Assembly (NCBI GenBank): GCA_045538995.1
Contig: JAZQEK010000097.1
Location: 48,482-112,481 of the forward strand
Direction: 5' to 3'
DNA from: Acetatifactor sp.
GTDB lineage: Bacteria > Bacillota > Clostridia > Lachnospirales > Lachnospiraceae
DNA: 64,000 bases
Under the pieces are notes generated by a model. It was given only the letters and a program-made list of their open reading frames with translations. It was not told the origin of the DNA and made no database searches. Positions 1 to 8,367 of this stretch are shown piece after piece (the first letter of the stretch is position 1; every line of letters starts with the position of its first letter). The translations under genes were made by a program, and so were the position numbers.

Positions 1-348
1 TACCTGCGACAACTAAAGGGCAGGAAGCATCTGGTGATTGGAAATCATGATACCCAGCTATTGAAGAATGGCAAGGCTATGAGTTATTTCGAAACTGTGG
101 AAAAGATGATGCATGTAGAGGACCAGGGAAATCAAATATGCTTGTGTCATTTTCCTATTTTAGAGTGGAATGGCTATTATAAGGGACACTACCACATTTA
201 TGGACATATTCACAACCGTAGGCAGGATACTTATGAAATCATGAAGACTCGAGAAAAGGCTCTGAATGCAGGTTGCATGATTAATCATTATACGCCGGCG
301 TCCCTGAATGAATTGATAAGAAACAATAAGGCTTTCCGAGAAAACTAA
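1..348 (+). CDS. Calcineurin-like metallophosphoesterase, 3' part (5' end lies before the window)
   Basis: Frame 1 is open from base 1 (YLRQLKGRKHLVIGNHD...). It has the GNHD, CHFP and GHIH metallophosphoesterase motifs and stops at 346-348. Confidence 0.8.
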   Translation, partial: YLRQLKGRKHLVIGNHDTQLLKNGKAMSYFETVEKMMHVEDQGNQICLCHFPILEWNGYYKGHYHIYGHIHNRRQDTYEIMKTREKALNAGCMINHYTPASLNELIRNNKAFREN

Positions 349-394
349 AAGAACCATTTTCCTTGTAGGGACTACAGGGGAAATGGTTCTTTTG
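347..394. terminator. Bidirectional intrinsic terminator
   Basis: Inverted repeat aaaagaaccatttt-ccttgtag-gga-ctacaggg-gaaatggttctttt between convergent genes, with T/A tails on both sides. Confidence 0.8.
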
Positions 395-400
395 GTATGG

Positions 401-2476
401 TTAACTATTCAATATATGGAGTTCGTGTAAGGCTCGTGTGCAGGCTACATAGAGCAGCTTGGCGGTTTCCGGCTTTTCCAGACCATGCTTCATGTCCGGA
501 TTCCAGAGGATAACCGTATCAAATTCCAAGCCCTTCACATAACGGATGGGTAGCACCATAGTTCCTTTGGAAAAGTTGTTTTCTGCACCATCAACCAAAG
601 GAATGTAGTCTGCCAAAAGGGCTCTGGCACGCTCCGCTTCTATTTCCGAATTGCAGATAATGGCAGTAGTGGTATAGCCCTTTTCTTGAATGTCCTTCAT
701 TAGGGTGGCTGTATATTCCGCCATTTCCATATCACTCCAGAATTGCTTTTCCTTTACGGGAATGCCATGACGGATAACCGGAGTGATTTTGTAGCGTCCG
801 AAAGAGGCTTTTTCCAGTATTTTTCCTGCATATTCGGAGATTTCGATGGTGTTTCGGTAGCTCTTTTGAAGGAGCATGAAGCAATCCTTGTCTCCGGTCA
901 GAAATAGTTTCTGCAGTTCATACCAATCATTCAGACCGGTGTAATAGTTAATATTCTGTGACACATCCCCCATAATGGTAAAGTAGGTGGCCGGTAACAG
1001 CTTCTTCAATACATAGTAGGCACCGATACCAAAGTCTTGTGCTTCATCCAGAAAGAGTAATCCAAATTCCTGATTGGGTTCCTTTTGGGTTAGGCGATAA
1101 TGAATCAAAGCCAGTGCGGCGATATCGTAGAGGTCATAGTCTCTGGCAGTCAGGCGGGCAAGATGCTTGTTCATATTGTGACTTATGTTAGTGTCGAGGT
1201 CATCCTCTGCGGGCAGAGTGCGGTCGTACCCGTGGTCTGCACACCAGTTATTTAAAAAGTCCAGATAGTATTCATAAATAGATGCCTTGGGACACATATT
1301 CTTATAATGTCCGGCATGTTCCTTTAACTTGGCTTGAATAAGGTCTCTGTCCATACCACTCATTAAGAACTTAATACGGGTTTTCACTCGGTCATCCATC
1401 ATAGTAAGCAATCGCTTCACGCTGGCGTGGGGTGTTTCACGCAGCAGGGTAAGGTTTTTGGATTCCGAAAGGATGGTGCCAATCTGTGCATCCTTATAAT
1501 CTCCGGTATCTATGAGCTCCTCCCTTTTATGCATCAGGTACAAATCCAGCTCCTGCATGAAAATCTGTGTACAGCGTAAAGAAGCAGTCGCATCCGGTTC
1601 TACTACACGATTTTTCTTCTGCCAATCTTTTTCGCAGAGACGAATAAAGAGCTGGTCCATACGCATATGCTTGATATTCGGAACATCCAGCTCCGGTAAT
1701 CCGCTGGTAATATAGTTTAGTAACAAGTCATTACTGCCGATGATGCAGTATTCGTTGGATTCAAAACGGTGCTTATAATTATAGAGCAGGTAGGAGATGC
1801 GATGCATGGCTACCGTGGTTTTGCCGCTGCCGGCCACTCCCTGTACAATCAGGTTGGCAAAAGGAGATTTGCGAATAATTTCGTTTTGCTCTTTCTGAAT
1901 GGTAGCAATAATCTCGCCCAGTACAACATCCTTGTTGCGGGAAAGGTATTGGACTAACAGTGCATCATTAGAGGCTACATCACTATCATAATACCCCTTT
2001 AGAACACCATCCTCTACATCATAGGTTCGCTTAAGGGTTAAATCAATGGAGATGGGCCTTTCCTCTGCCAGTCCGTATTCGCCCTGCCCTAATTCGTTTT
2101 CATAATATACACTGGAAATGGGGGCACGCCAGTCGGCAATGAGTACTTCGGTACGATTTTTGAAGACACCGTTTTTCCCAATGTAGACGGTTTCCTTACG
2201 TTCTACGGAATGATCCGTATAATCGATTCTGCCGAAGTAGGGTTTGGAAAGTGCTGCCTGATTTTTTCGTAGGGTGGCTGCTGCATGTTCTTCCAGACTG
2301 GTGGTGGTCATCAGTTGGTTGTACAATTCCACATCACCACTGTTGATAGCCTTGTACAGTTCCAATGCCTGAGCATGGTATTCCTCGTACTCAGCTTCGT
2401 ATCGGCGTACATTGTGACCAATAATATCCTGACAATATTCAAAATGTTGTAGTTCTGCATTCCAATCCTTTTGCAT
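401..2476 (-). CDS. helD: HelD-like SF1 (UvrD/Rep family) helicase / RNA polymerase recycling ATPase
   Basis: 691 aa. N-terminal PYFGRIDY and DWRAPISSVYY, IIATIQKEQNEII, Walker A GVAGSGKTT, Walker B DEAQD, and VKGLEFD / LYVACTRA motifs typical of HelD. Confidence 0.8.
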   Translation of the reverse strand: MQKDWNAELQHFEYCQDIIGHNVRRYEAEYEEYHAQALELYKAINSGDVELYNQLMTTTSLEEHAAATLRKNQAALSKPYFGRIDYTDHSVERKETVYIGKNGVFKNRTEVLIADWRAPISSVYYENELGQGEYGLAEERPISIDLTLKRTYDVEDGVLKGYYDSDVASNDALLVQYLSRNKDVVLGEIIATIQKEQNEIIRKSPFANLIVQGVAGSGKTTVAMHRISYLLYNYKHRFESNEYCIIGSNDLLLNYITSGLPELDVPNIKHMRMDQLFIRLCEKDWQKKNRVVEPDATASLRCTQIFMQELDLYLMHKREELIDTGDYKDAQIGTILSESKNLTLLRETPHASVKRLLTMMDDRVKTRIKFLMSGMDRDLIQAKLKEHAGHYKNMCPKASIYEYYLDFLNNWCADHGYDRTLPAEDDLDTNISHNMNKHLARLTARDYDLYDIAALALIHYRLTQKEPNQEFGLLFLDEAQDFGIGAYYVLKKLLPATYFTIMGDVSQNINYYTGLNDWYELQKLFLTGDKDCFMLLQKSYRNTIEISEYAGKILEKASFGRYKITPVIRHGIPVKEKQFWSDMEMAEYTATLMKDIQEKGYTTTAIICNSEIEAERARALLADYIPLVDGAENNFSKGTMVLPIRYVKGLEFDTVILWNPDMKHGLEKPETAKLLYVACTRALHELHILNS

Positions 2477-2634
2477 GGTTTATTACCTTTCTTGAGTATG
2501 GTGTGATTACAGGTTACTATATTTCCTTTTGCCGCGGTCAGTCATGACTGTATCTAAAAGTATACCGAAAAAGAAAAGAATTACTAGACTTTATTTTTAA
2601 AATATGTTAAAATATACAATGTAAGTGTGAAAAG

Positions 2635-2664
2635 AAAAAGCTATCGGTTAACCGATAGCTTTTT
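2635..2664. repeat. Perfect 30-bp palindrome in the divergent helD/acyltransferase intergenic region
   Basis: aaaaagctatcggtt|aaccgatagcttttt, with no loop and no mismatch. Confidence 0.9.
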
Positions 2665-2684
2665 GACGTTGCGGAGGATAAATT

Positions 2685-2762
2685 ATGGCGAAAACAGTAA
2701 AAAGAGGCTATGTTCCCAGCGATGAAAAAGAATTTGGAGAAAATGGACTGAAGAAGCAATAG
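2685..2762 (+). pseudogene. 25-codon ORF, probable 5' remnant of a DUF434-like gene
   Basis: GGAGG RBS at 2673-2677, then MAKTVKRGYVPSDEKEFGENGLKKQ*. The peptide resembles my recollection of clostridial DUF434 N-termini (not searched). Confidence 0.4.
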
Positions 2763-2802
2763 GGGAATACCCCTATGTGGATTTTCAGATAGAGGAGAGC
2801 AC

Positions 2803-4110
2803 ATGCTAATAAACAAGAGAAAGGACATGACGCCTTTTGATATGAAGCGACCACCCATGAAGCAGAAGTGGTATTTGATGCCGCTGTTGTGGGGAGGTTC
2901 ATGGTTGATGACCAGACGATTTGGATTGAAAATTACAAAGAAAAATATGCAGGGGTTGAAACCACCGTTTTTGGTGATAGCGACACATCAGGGATTTTCA
3001 GATTATTATATAGCTCCTTTGGCATTATTTCCCCATAGGGCGAATTATGTATCGGATATGGAAGGCTTTGCCGCCTTTGGAGAGTGGCTATATCGGGCTA
3101 TCGGATGTATTGGGAAGAGACGTTATGTTCCGGAGCCTTTCGTGGTGAAGAACATCAAGTATGCCCTTTCAAAAGGACAGAGTGTGGTGGTATTTCCCGA
3201 GTCCAGACATTCCAATGTAGGAACCACTGCGTATATTCCGTCCAATATGGGGAAGTTGATGAAATTGATGAAGGTGCCGTTAGTAGTACTGACGGCTCAC
3301 GGAAGCTATCTTGCCAATCCTTTCTGGGATGAAGAGCATACTCGAAAAGTCCCTATGGAAGCAGTCTTGGAGGGAGTGTATACAGCCGAGGAGGTGGATA
3401 AGCTTTCTGCACAGGAAATTCAGCGGACCATTGAGGAGAAGCTACAGTATGATGAGTACAGATGGCAGCAGGAGAAGGGTATACAGATTACAGAAGAAAA
3501 TCGAGCAGAAGGTTTGCATAAAGCATTGTATCAATGTAAGGTGTGCGGTGCAGAGTATCATATGAAAAGCAAGGGGGCGAGGCTTTTATGTGAGAAGTGT
3601 GGAGTGCAGTGGGAATTGTCTGAAAGCGGTTGGTTAGAACAGGTGAAGGAAGTTTCAGGGTGTGTAGCGGAAGATAAAAAAGTGTCTGATGCTGTGCAAG
3701 GAAATTGTGAGGAAAAGGGTATTCACGTTCCCGATTGGTACGAGTGGCAGCGAAGAAATGTGATTGATGAAATTGCTACTGGTGCATATGAATATGAGTT
3801 TGCAGTTCAGGTAGAAGCGTTGCCAAATTCTCAGGGGTTTGTAACCTTGGGTGAAGGAAGATTGATACATAGTCAGGAGGGCTTCTATTTAGAACTTGGG
3901 AACGATAAGCTTTTCTTTGACCATTACTCGCGTGAATCTGTGCAGACAGAATACAATTACAGAGGAAAAGGGATGGCTATTGTGCTGTCCACAAGGGATT
4001 GCTGTTATTATGTTTATTCGAAGGATGAAGCATTCCAGCCTACGAAGCTGCAGTTCGCAGGGGAGTGTTTGCATCAGAAGGTAGTGGAAAGTGCCACCGG
4101 AAGGAGATAA
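2803..4110 (+). CDS. Lysophospholipid/1-acyl-sn-glycerol-3-phosphate acyltransferase family protein with internal Zn ribbon
   Basis: HQGFSD (HxxxxD) and VVFPESR (FPEG-like) acyltransferase blocks, CKVC...CEKC, and a GAGGAG RBS. Confidence 0.8.
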   Translation: MLINKRKDMTPFDMKRPPMKQKWYLMPLLWGGSWLMTRRFGLKITKKNMQGLKPPFLVIATHQGFSDYYIAPLALFPHRANYVSDMEGFAAFGEWLYRAIGCIGKRRYVPEPFVVKNIKYALSKGQSVVVFPESRHSNVGTTAYIPSNMGKLMKLMKVPLVVLTAHGSYLANPFWDEEHTRKVPMEAVLEGVYTAEEVDKLSAQEIQRTIEEKLQYDEYRWQQEKGIQITEENRAEGLHKALYQCKVCGAEYHMKSKGARLLCEKCGVQWELSESGWLEQVKEVSGCVAEDKKVSDAVQGNCEEKGIHVPDWYEWQRRNVIDEIATGAYEYEFAVQVEALPNSQGFVTLGEGRLIHSQEGFYLELGNDKLFFDHYSRESVQTEYNYRGKGMAIVLSTRDCCYYVYSKDEAFQPTKLQFAGECLHQKVVESATGRR

Positions 4111-4117
4111 GAAGCAA

Positions 4118-4747
4118 ATGACGTTGGATGATAGAATTGCTCAGATTATGAAAAAGGTAGAAAAATTATCTGCGAAAAAGAGAAGGTTTCCATGTGGTAA
4201 GTTTCCACCTGAGTGGAAAGAACCTATTACAGAAGAACAGGTGATGGCTTATGAAAAAGAAAAGGGAATACGATTGCCGGAGGATTATCGAAGATTTATT
4301 ACAACCGTAGCAAGTGCCGGCACACAGCCCTTTTATGGTCTGTATGGGTTATTGGATAAGAAGCCGTCCTATGAATTTGAACCAATTGTGGAGAAGAAAT
4401 TCCCTTATACACTAAGTACACCTTTGAAGATAGCTGAGATGTCAGAAGAGGAGTATGACAAGTATTGGAACGATGACGAGAATGAGGAGTATATGCAAGG
4501 ATACATTTTGCTTTGTCACGAAGGTTGTGGGATGGAAAGTATTTTGATAGTGAACACAGATGATGAAGAAGTCTATGGAACGGTTTGGTTTTTTGATCTT
4601 GCAAATGATTATGGTATTATGCCCATTTATCATCCTGAAACTAGGAAAACTATGTGCTTTTTGGAGTGGCTGGAGTATTGGGTAGACCAGATGCTTCTCT
4701 TGGAAGAGGAAGAGTATTTTAGCTATGGGGAGTTGACGTTTTTTTAG
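4118..4747 (+). CDS. SMI1/KNR4 family protein (putative toxin-immunity protein)
   Basis: ITEEQVMAYEKEKGIRLPEDYRRFI, LCHEGCG and YGTVW, then FLEWLEYW. ATG at 4118 follows AAGGAG at 4101-4106. Confidence 0.8.
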   Translation: MTLDDRIAQIMKKVEKLSAKKRRFPCGKFPPEWKEPITEEQVMAYEKEKGIRLPEDYRRFITTVASAGTQPFYGLYGLLDKKPSYEFEPIVEKKFPYTLSTPLKIAEMSEEEYDKYWNDDENEEYMQGYILLCHEGCGMESILIVNTDDEEVYGTVWFFDLANDYGIMPIYHPETRKTMCFLEWLEYWVDQMLLLEEEEYFSYGELTFF

Positions 4748-4769
4748 TAGAATGCATATCATGCGAAGG

Positions 4770-5038
4770 GCAAAAGTATCAATTGTTTCACCCCATTCCT
4801 CACCGGGTAACTCTGATTCCATATCAATTCCGGGATATAATACAGGTTCTTGTGTAGGTACAGGTGTTACTTCTACTACAGGTGTCGCTGAGGGTTCGTC
4901 TGTTACAGTTCCTTTGACTGCTTCTTGATTACTGCCTGCACCCACATTAGTGGTATTATTTTCTTTGTTTTCGTTGCTACAGGCAACGAAGCAAAGCAGG
5001 CTAAGTGTTGTAATTAGGGTTATTATTTTTTTCTTCAT
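4770..5038 (-). pseudogene. Truncated lipoprotein (signal peptide, lipobox and Pro/Thr linker only)
   Basis: GGAGG RBS, MKKKII...CFVAC lipobox and a Thr/Pro-rich linker. After about 88 codons the frame runs antisense into the SMI1 gene as low-quality sequence. The left coordinate is approximate. Confidence 0.55.
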
Positions 5039-5074
5039 GAGGGCTCCTCCATGTTTTTATTATTTACGTTGTTG

Positions 5075-5111
5075 TTTGTATTCTACAACGATTTTTTTTA
5101 AGATATAGTTT
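5075..5111 (-). promoter_or_regulatory. Promoter-like element, copy 1 (upstream of the lipoprotein remnant)
   Basis: Minus strand reads aaac-tatatcttaaaaaaaat-cgttgtagaatacaaa. 22 bp are identical to copy 2 at 6565-6586. Confidence 0.5.
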
Positions 5112-5171
5112 AGCACAGATAAATAACGTTTACTTGACAGTAACGAGAAAACAGAAAAGATAAAAAATTCC

Positions 5172-5200
5172 TTGCATTTTTAGGAAAGTGTCATTATAAT
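5172..5200 (+). promoter_or_regulatory. sigma70/sigmaA promoter upstream of the Rpn gene
   Basis: TTGCAT (5172-5177), 17-bp spacer, TATAAT (5195-5200). Confidence 0.6.
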
Positions 5201-5464
5201 ACTTAATAACAGACAACACATATGAGCTTGTTTGTAGGAGTTATATTTTTTTATCAGTCATCCTTAGTTGGATGTCGCTTTATTCATTATCTAAGATTGT
5301 GCCCAAAGAAGCCATTTTAGATATCGTTCTCATTTCTGGGATTATCCAGTTAAATTAGTAAATTTAGAAAAAGAAAAGAAAATTATTGCAAAATGTTGTC
5401 TGTTTTAGAAATTTTAGATATAATTCTTACAGATAGGTTTCATATGGTTCGCAGAAGGAGGCAT

Positions 5465-6424
5465 ATGGAGCAAAAAACAACTTTATCACAAAGCATCGAG
5501 TTGACTGAGCAGAAGTCACAATATGATTCATCCTGTAAGAGGGTTCTTGCAGAAAAAGTAATTCTGGCGTGGATTATGAAGCATACCATGAAGGAGTATA
5601 TGAAGTATGATGTGCGGGAGATTGCTGGAAGGTATATTGTGGGGGAACCTAAAATCGGAGTGACACCGGTACTACCGGATGAAACCAATGCACCTAGAAT
5701 TGTAGGGATTGGTGTAGAGGATACCACATTGAATGAAGGCACCATTACTTACGACATACAGTTTCAGGCAATTGTGCCGGAAACGGAAGAAATGGTACAG
5801 ATGATTATCAACGTGGAAGCCCAAAATGATTTTTACCCGGGGTATCCAATTGTGAAGCGAGGGATTTATTATTGTGCACGTATGATTTCTTCCCAGTATG
5901 GTACGATATTTACGAAGTCTCATTATGAGAGGATTAAGAAGGTATATTCCGTGTGGATCTGTATGAATCCGCCAAAGGAGCGAAGTAATACGATTACAGA
6001 ATATTCCCTAATGGAGCAGAAGCTGTTTGGAAACGTGAAGGAGAACAGGGTACACTATGATTTGATGAGTGTAGTTATGGTCTGTTTGGGTGAAGGAAAT
6101 ACAGATAATGACCTGTTAAGGCTGTTGGATGTATTATTGGCATCGGATAAGAAGGCGGACGAAAAGAAAGAAATACTGGAGAAGGATTTTCAGATTCCTA
6201 TGACAGAGAAGTTAGAAGAAGAGGTGGAGCGAATGTGTAATTTGAGTGAGGGTGTGGAGCAGAGAGGTATACAGCAAGGGCTGGAACAGGGGATACAGCG
6301 GCAAAAGTTGGAAAGTGCAAAAAGTCTGCTGGATATTTTATCGGATGAGGAAATTGCTAAGCGTATCCGATTACCCTTAGAAGAAGTGCAAAAGCTTCGA
6401 GAGGAGAGTACAGTGAATTGTTAA
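5465..6424 (+). CDS. Rpn family recombination-promoting nuclease / putative transposase (PD-(D/E)XK)
   Basis: YDSSCKRVLA, ITYDIQF, INVEAQNDFYPGYPIVKRGIYYCARMISSQ, KKVYSVWIC and a C-terminal MCNLSEGVEQRGIQQG repeat. AAGGAGG RBS precedes ATG 5465. Confidence 0.85.
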   Translation: MEQKTTLSQSIELTEQKSQYDSSCKRVLAEKVILAWIMKHTMKEYMKYDVREIAGRYIVGEPKIGVTPVLPDETNAPRIVGIGVEDTTLNEGTITYDIQFQAIVPETEEMVQMIINVEAQNDFYPGYPIVKRGIYYCARMISSQYGTIFTKSHYERIKKVYSVWICMNPPKERSNTITEYSLMEQKLFGNVKENRVHYDLMSVVMVCLGEGNTDNDLLRLLDVLLASDKKADEKKEILEKDFQIPMTEKLEEEVERMCNLSEGVEQRGIQQGLEQGIQRQKLESAKSLLDILSDEEIAKRIRLPLEEVQKLREESTVNC

Positions 6425-6564
6425 AGGAATGATAAGACGGCTGTGGAGATGCGAGGGTAGTGCTCATATTTCTGTCACCGCTTATATAAAGAACAACTAA
6501 AACGGAAAAATGGAAAAGAGGCTACCGATAAATTCAGTAACCTCCAGCTAACTTAGGGTTATTA

Positions 6565-6603
6565 TTTGTATTCTACAACGATTTTTGTTTCAAGATATGG
6601 TTT
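6565..6603 (-). promoter_or_regulatory. Promoter-like element, copy 2 (orphan)
   Basis: tttgtattctacaacgattttt is identical to 5075-5096, followed by aagatatggttt. No ORF follows on the minus strand. Confidence 0.45.
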
Positions 6604-6661
6604 TGGGAAAGAGCAATTAAGAGGGAAATTGATATATAATACTTCGATTAATATAGGTACT

Positions 6662-6743
6662 TTTCGGCTATAATATAAATGGATTATGAAATAGCCGAAA
6701 GCAAAATGCTACGATGATGCCTTTCGGAGCCACCGTAGCATTT
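6662..6743. terminator. Two tandem hairpins downstream of the CAP gene
   Basis: tttcggctat...atagccgaaa (6662-6700) and aaatgctacg...cgtagcattt (6704-6743). Confidence 0.65.
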
Positions 6744-6790
6744 CTTTATGCCTGTTTTGTGGCAGTTTTTAACAGCCCCTTGTTGCATTC

Positions 6791-7567
6791 TTATCGGGTA
6801 AAGATCTGGCACCAATAGTCAGTTCCCTTGGTATTTTCATAATAGCCTACACCGATAGTAGTGAAATTAGGGTTCATGATATTGGCACGGTGACCAGAGC
6901 TGTTCATCCAAGCATTCATTACCTCTTCGGGAGAACGCTGTCCCCAAGCAATGTTTTCACCTGCACTTCGATAAGAAACATTCTGTTCCTTTAAGGCAGT
7001 AGAAAAAGAGCTGCCGTTAGGTCTGGTATGTGAGAAAAGCTGCTCGCATTCCTTGGCACGAACCTTAGCTGCTGCCTGCACATTAGTATTGATGGTTAGT
7101 GGAGCGAGTCCCTCCTTGGCACGTTCTGCATTTACAAGACGAACAACCTCCCTGATAAAAGCATGTTCGCTGTCCGGAGCTTCTTCGGGTGTACTTTCCT
7201 CAGTGGAACTATTTCCAGGATTGTTGTTCGGGGTGTTGTTGCCGGGCAAATCGGTTTCAGGAATATCAACATCAGGTACGCCTGCCTCAGGAGCGTCAAT
7301 TTCCGGGAGATTGTTATCCGGGACATTCGTCTCCGGTGCATCAGCATCCGGAAGCTCACAGTCCGGCAAAGAGATGTTTGGGAAGCAACCTTCCAGTTTA
7401 TTGAAAATGTCCTGAATATTACAGCCTGAACGATAAGTAACAATAATTCGGTTACCATTTGAAAATATGTGCTTCTTGTTTAAGATAGCTGCTTCTGTGG
7501 TAAGTGCCTGTCCGCCAAGACAGGTCATAGTGAGTGTGGTTACTGCTAATAATGTAAGTTTTTTCAT
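6791..7567 (-). CDS. Secreted CAP/SCP-domain protein (YkwD-like) with Pro-rich linker
   Basis: Signal peptide MKKLTLLAVTT..., xPxxx repeat linker, and a CAP domain (LVNAERAKEGLAPL, FSHTRPNG, AGENIAWGQ, WMNSSGHRANI, WCQIF). AAGGAG RBS precedes 7567. Confidence 0.85.
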   Translation of the reverse strand: MKKLTLLAVTTLTMTCLGGQALTTEAAILNKKHIFSNGNRIIVTYRSGCNIQDIFNKLEGCFPNISLPDCELPDADAPETNVPDNNLPEIDAPEAGVPDVDIPETDLPGNNTPNNNPGNSSTEESTPEEAPDSEHAFIREVVRLVNAERAKEGLAPLTINTNVQAAAKVRAKECEQLFSHTRPNGSSFSTALKEQNVSYRSAGENIAWGQRSPEEVMNAWMNSSGHRANIMNPNFTTIGVGYYENTKGTDYWCQIFTR

Positions 7568-7751
7568 ATTGTTCTTTATTCTCCTTTCGTAAGTATTTCG
7601 CAATAAGTTTAGCCAAATAAATATTGCGAAAATAATACATAAATGTTACAAAATTATTACAAGACAATCATAATACATTTCCCCAAGATTTCAACAAGTA
7701 ATATTTGGAAATTGGTTTCAGTTATATTTTAAAACTTTTTTAAAAAACCTC

Positions 7752-7780
7752 TTGACATATTATCAAAATGATAATATGAT
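7752..7780 (+). promoter_or_regulatory. sigmaA promoter of the NAD-salvage operon
   Basis: TTGACA (7752-7757), 17-bp spacer, TATGAT (7775-7780). Confidence 0.8.
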
Positions 7781-7815
7781 AATCTCAACAAGAGATAATA
7801 TCAAAATGATAATAA
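7757..7815. promoter_or_regulatory. Candidate NrtR operators (21-bp palindromes)
   Basis: Perfect ATATTATCA-AAA-TGATAATAT (7757-7777) between -35 and -10, near-copy ATAATATCA-AAA-TGATAATAA (7795-7815), and weaker ATAATCTCA-ACA-AGAGATAAT (7779-7799). nrtR is in the operon. Confidence 0.75.
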
Positions 7816-7837
7816 CAAAATAACGGAGGTAGGGATT

Positions 7838-8338
7838 ATGAAGAAGACTTTAATCGTAGTGGATATGCAGAAGGATTTTATTGATGGTGCATTAGGAACC
7901 AAGGAAGCAGTTGCTATTGTGGAAAATGTAAAGAAGAAAATCGCAGAGTATCAGGCTGCCGGAGAGGAAATCATTTTCACCAGAGATACCCATCAGGCAG
8001 ATTACTTAAGCACCAACGAGGGCAAGCACCTGCCGGTAGAGCACTGCATCGAGGGAACTGAGGGTTGGCAGATTTACGAGGGTTTGGAAGTACCCGGTGC
8101 TATTTATATTAACAAGCCTAATTTCGGTTACATCGGTTGGGCAGACTATCAGCTGGAAGAGGTAGAAATGGTTGGCTTGTGTACCGATATTTGTGTAGTA
8201 TCTAATGCACTGATTTTGAAAGCTACTTATCCGGAAATCAAGGTGACTGTAGACGCAAGCTGCTGTGCAGGGGTTACCCCGGAAAGTCATGAAGCAGCAC
8301 TGACTACCATGAAAATGTGTCAGGTTGAGGTAGTGTAG
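7838..8338 (+). CDS. pncA: Nicotinamidase / isochorismatase-family cysteine hydrolase
   Basis: VVDMQKDF, DTH...HC metal ligands, K, and GLCTDICV catalytic Cys. First gene of the NAD operon. Confidence 0.85.
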   Translation: MKKTLIVVDMQKDFIDGALGTKEAVAIVENVKKKIAEYQAAGEEIIFTRDTHQADYLSTNEGKHLPVEHCIEGTEGWQIYEGLEVPGAIYINKPNFGYIGWADYQLEEVEMVGLCTDICVVSNALILKATYPEIKVTVDASCCAGVTPESHEAALTTMKMCQVEVV

Positions 8339-8367
8339 GTTAAGAATGGTATAAGGAGGAAGCTTGC

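Noticed and set aside
5222-5320. 32-codon ORF downstream of the promoter at 5172-5200
   Set aside because: It has no RBS and no recognisable similarity.
5393-5464. Longest-ORF starts from the track (5393, 7603, 9128, 13895, 36326, 43470, 52499 and others)
   Set aside because: Downstream ATGs have clear Shine-Dalgarno sequences and fit the protein families better.
5465-6424. Calling the Rpn gene an insertion sequence
   Set aside because: No terminal inverted repeats or target-site duplication are visible, and transposition is not established for this family.
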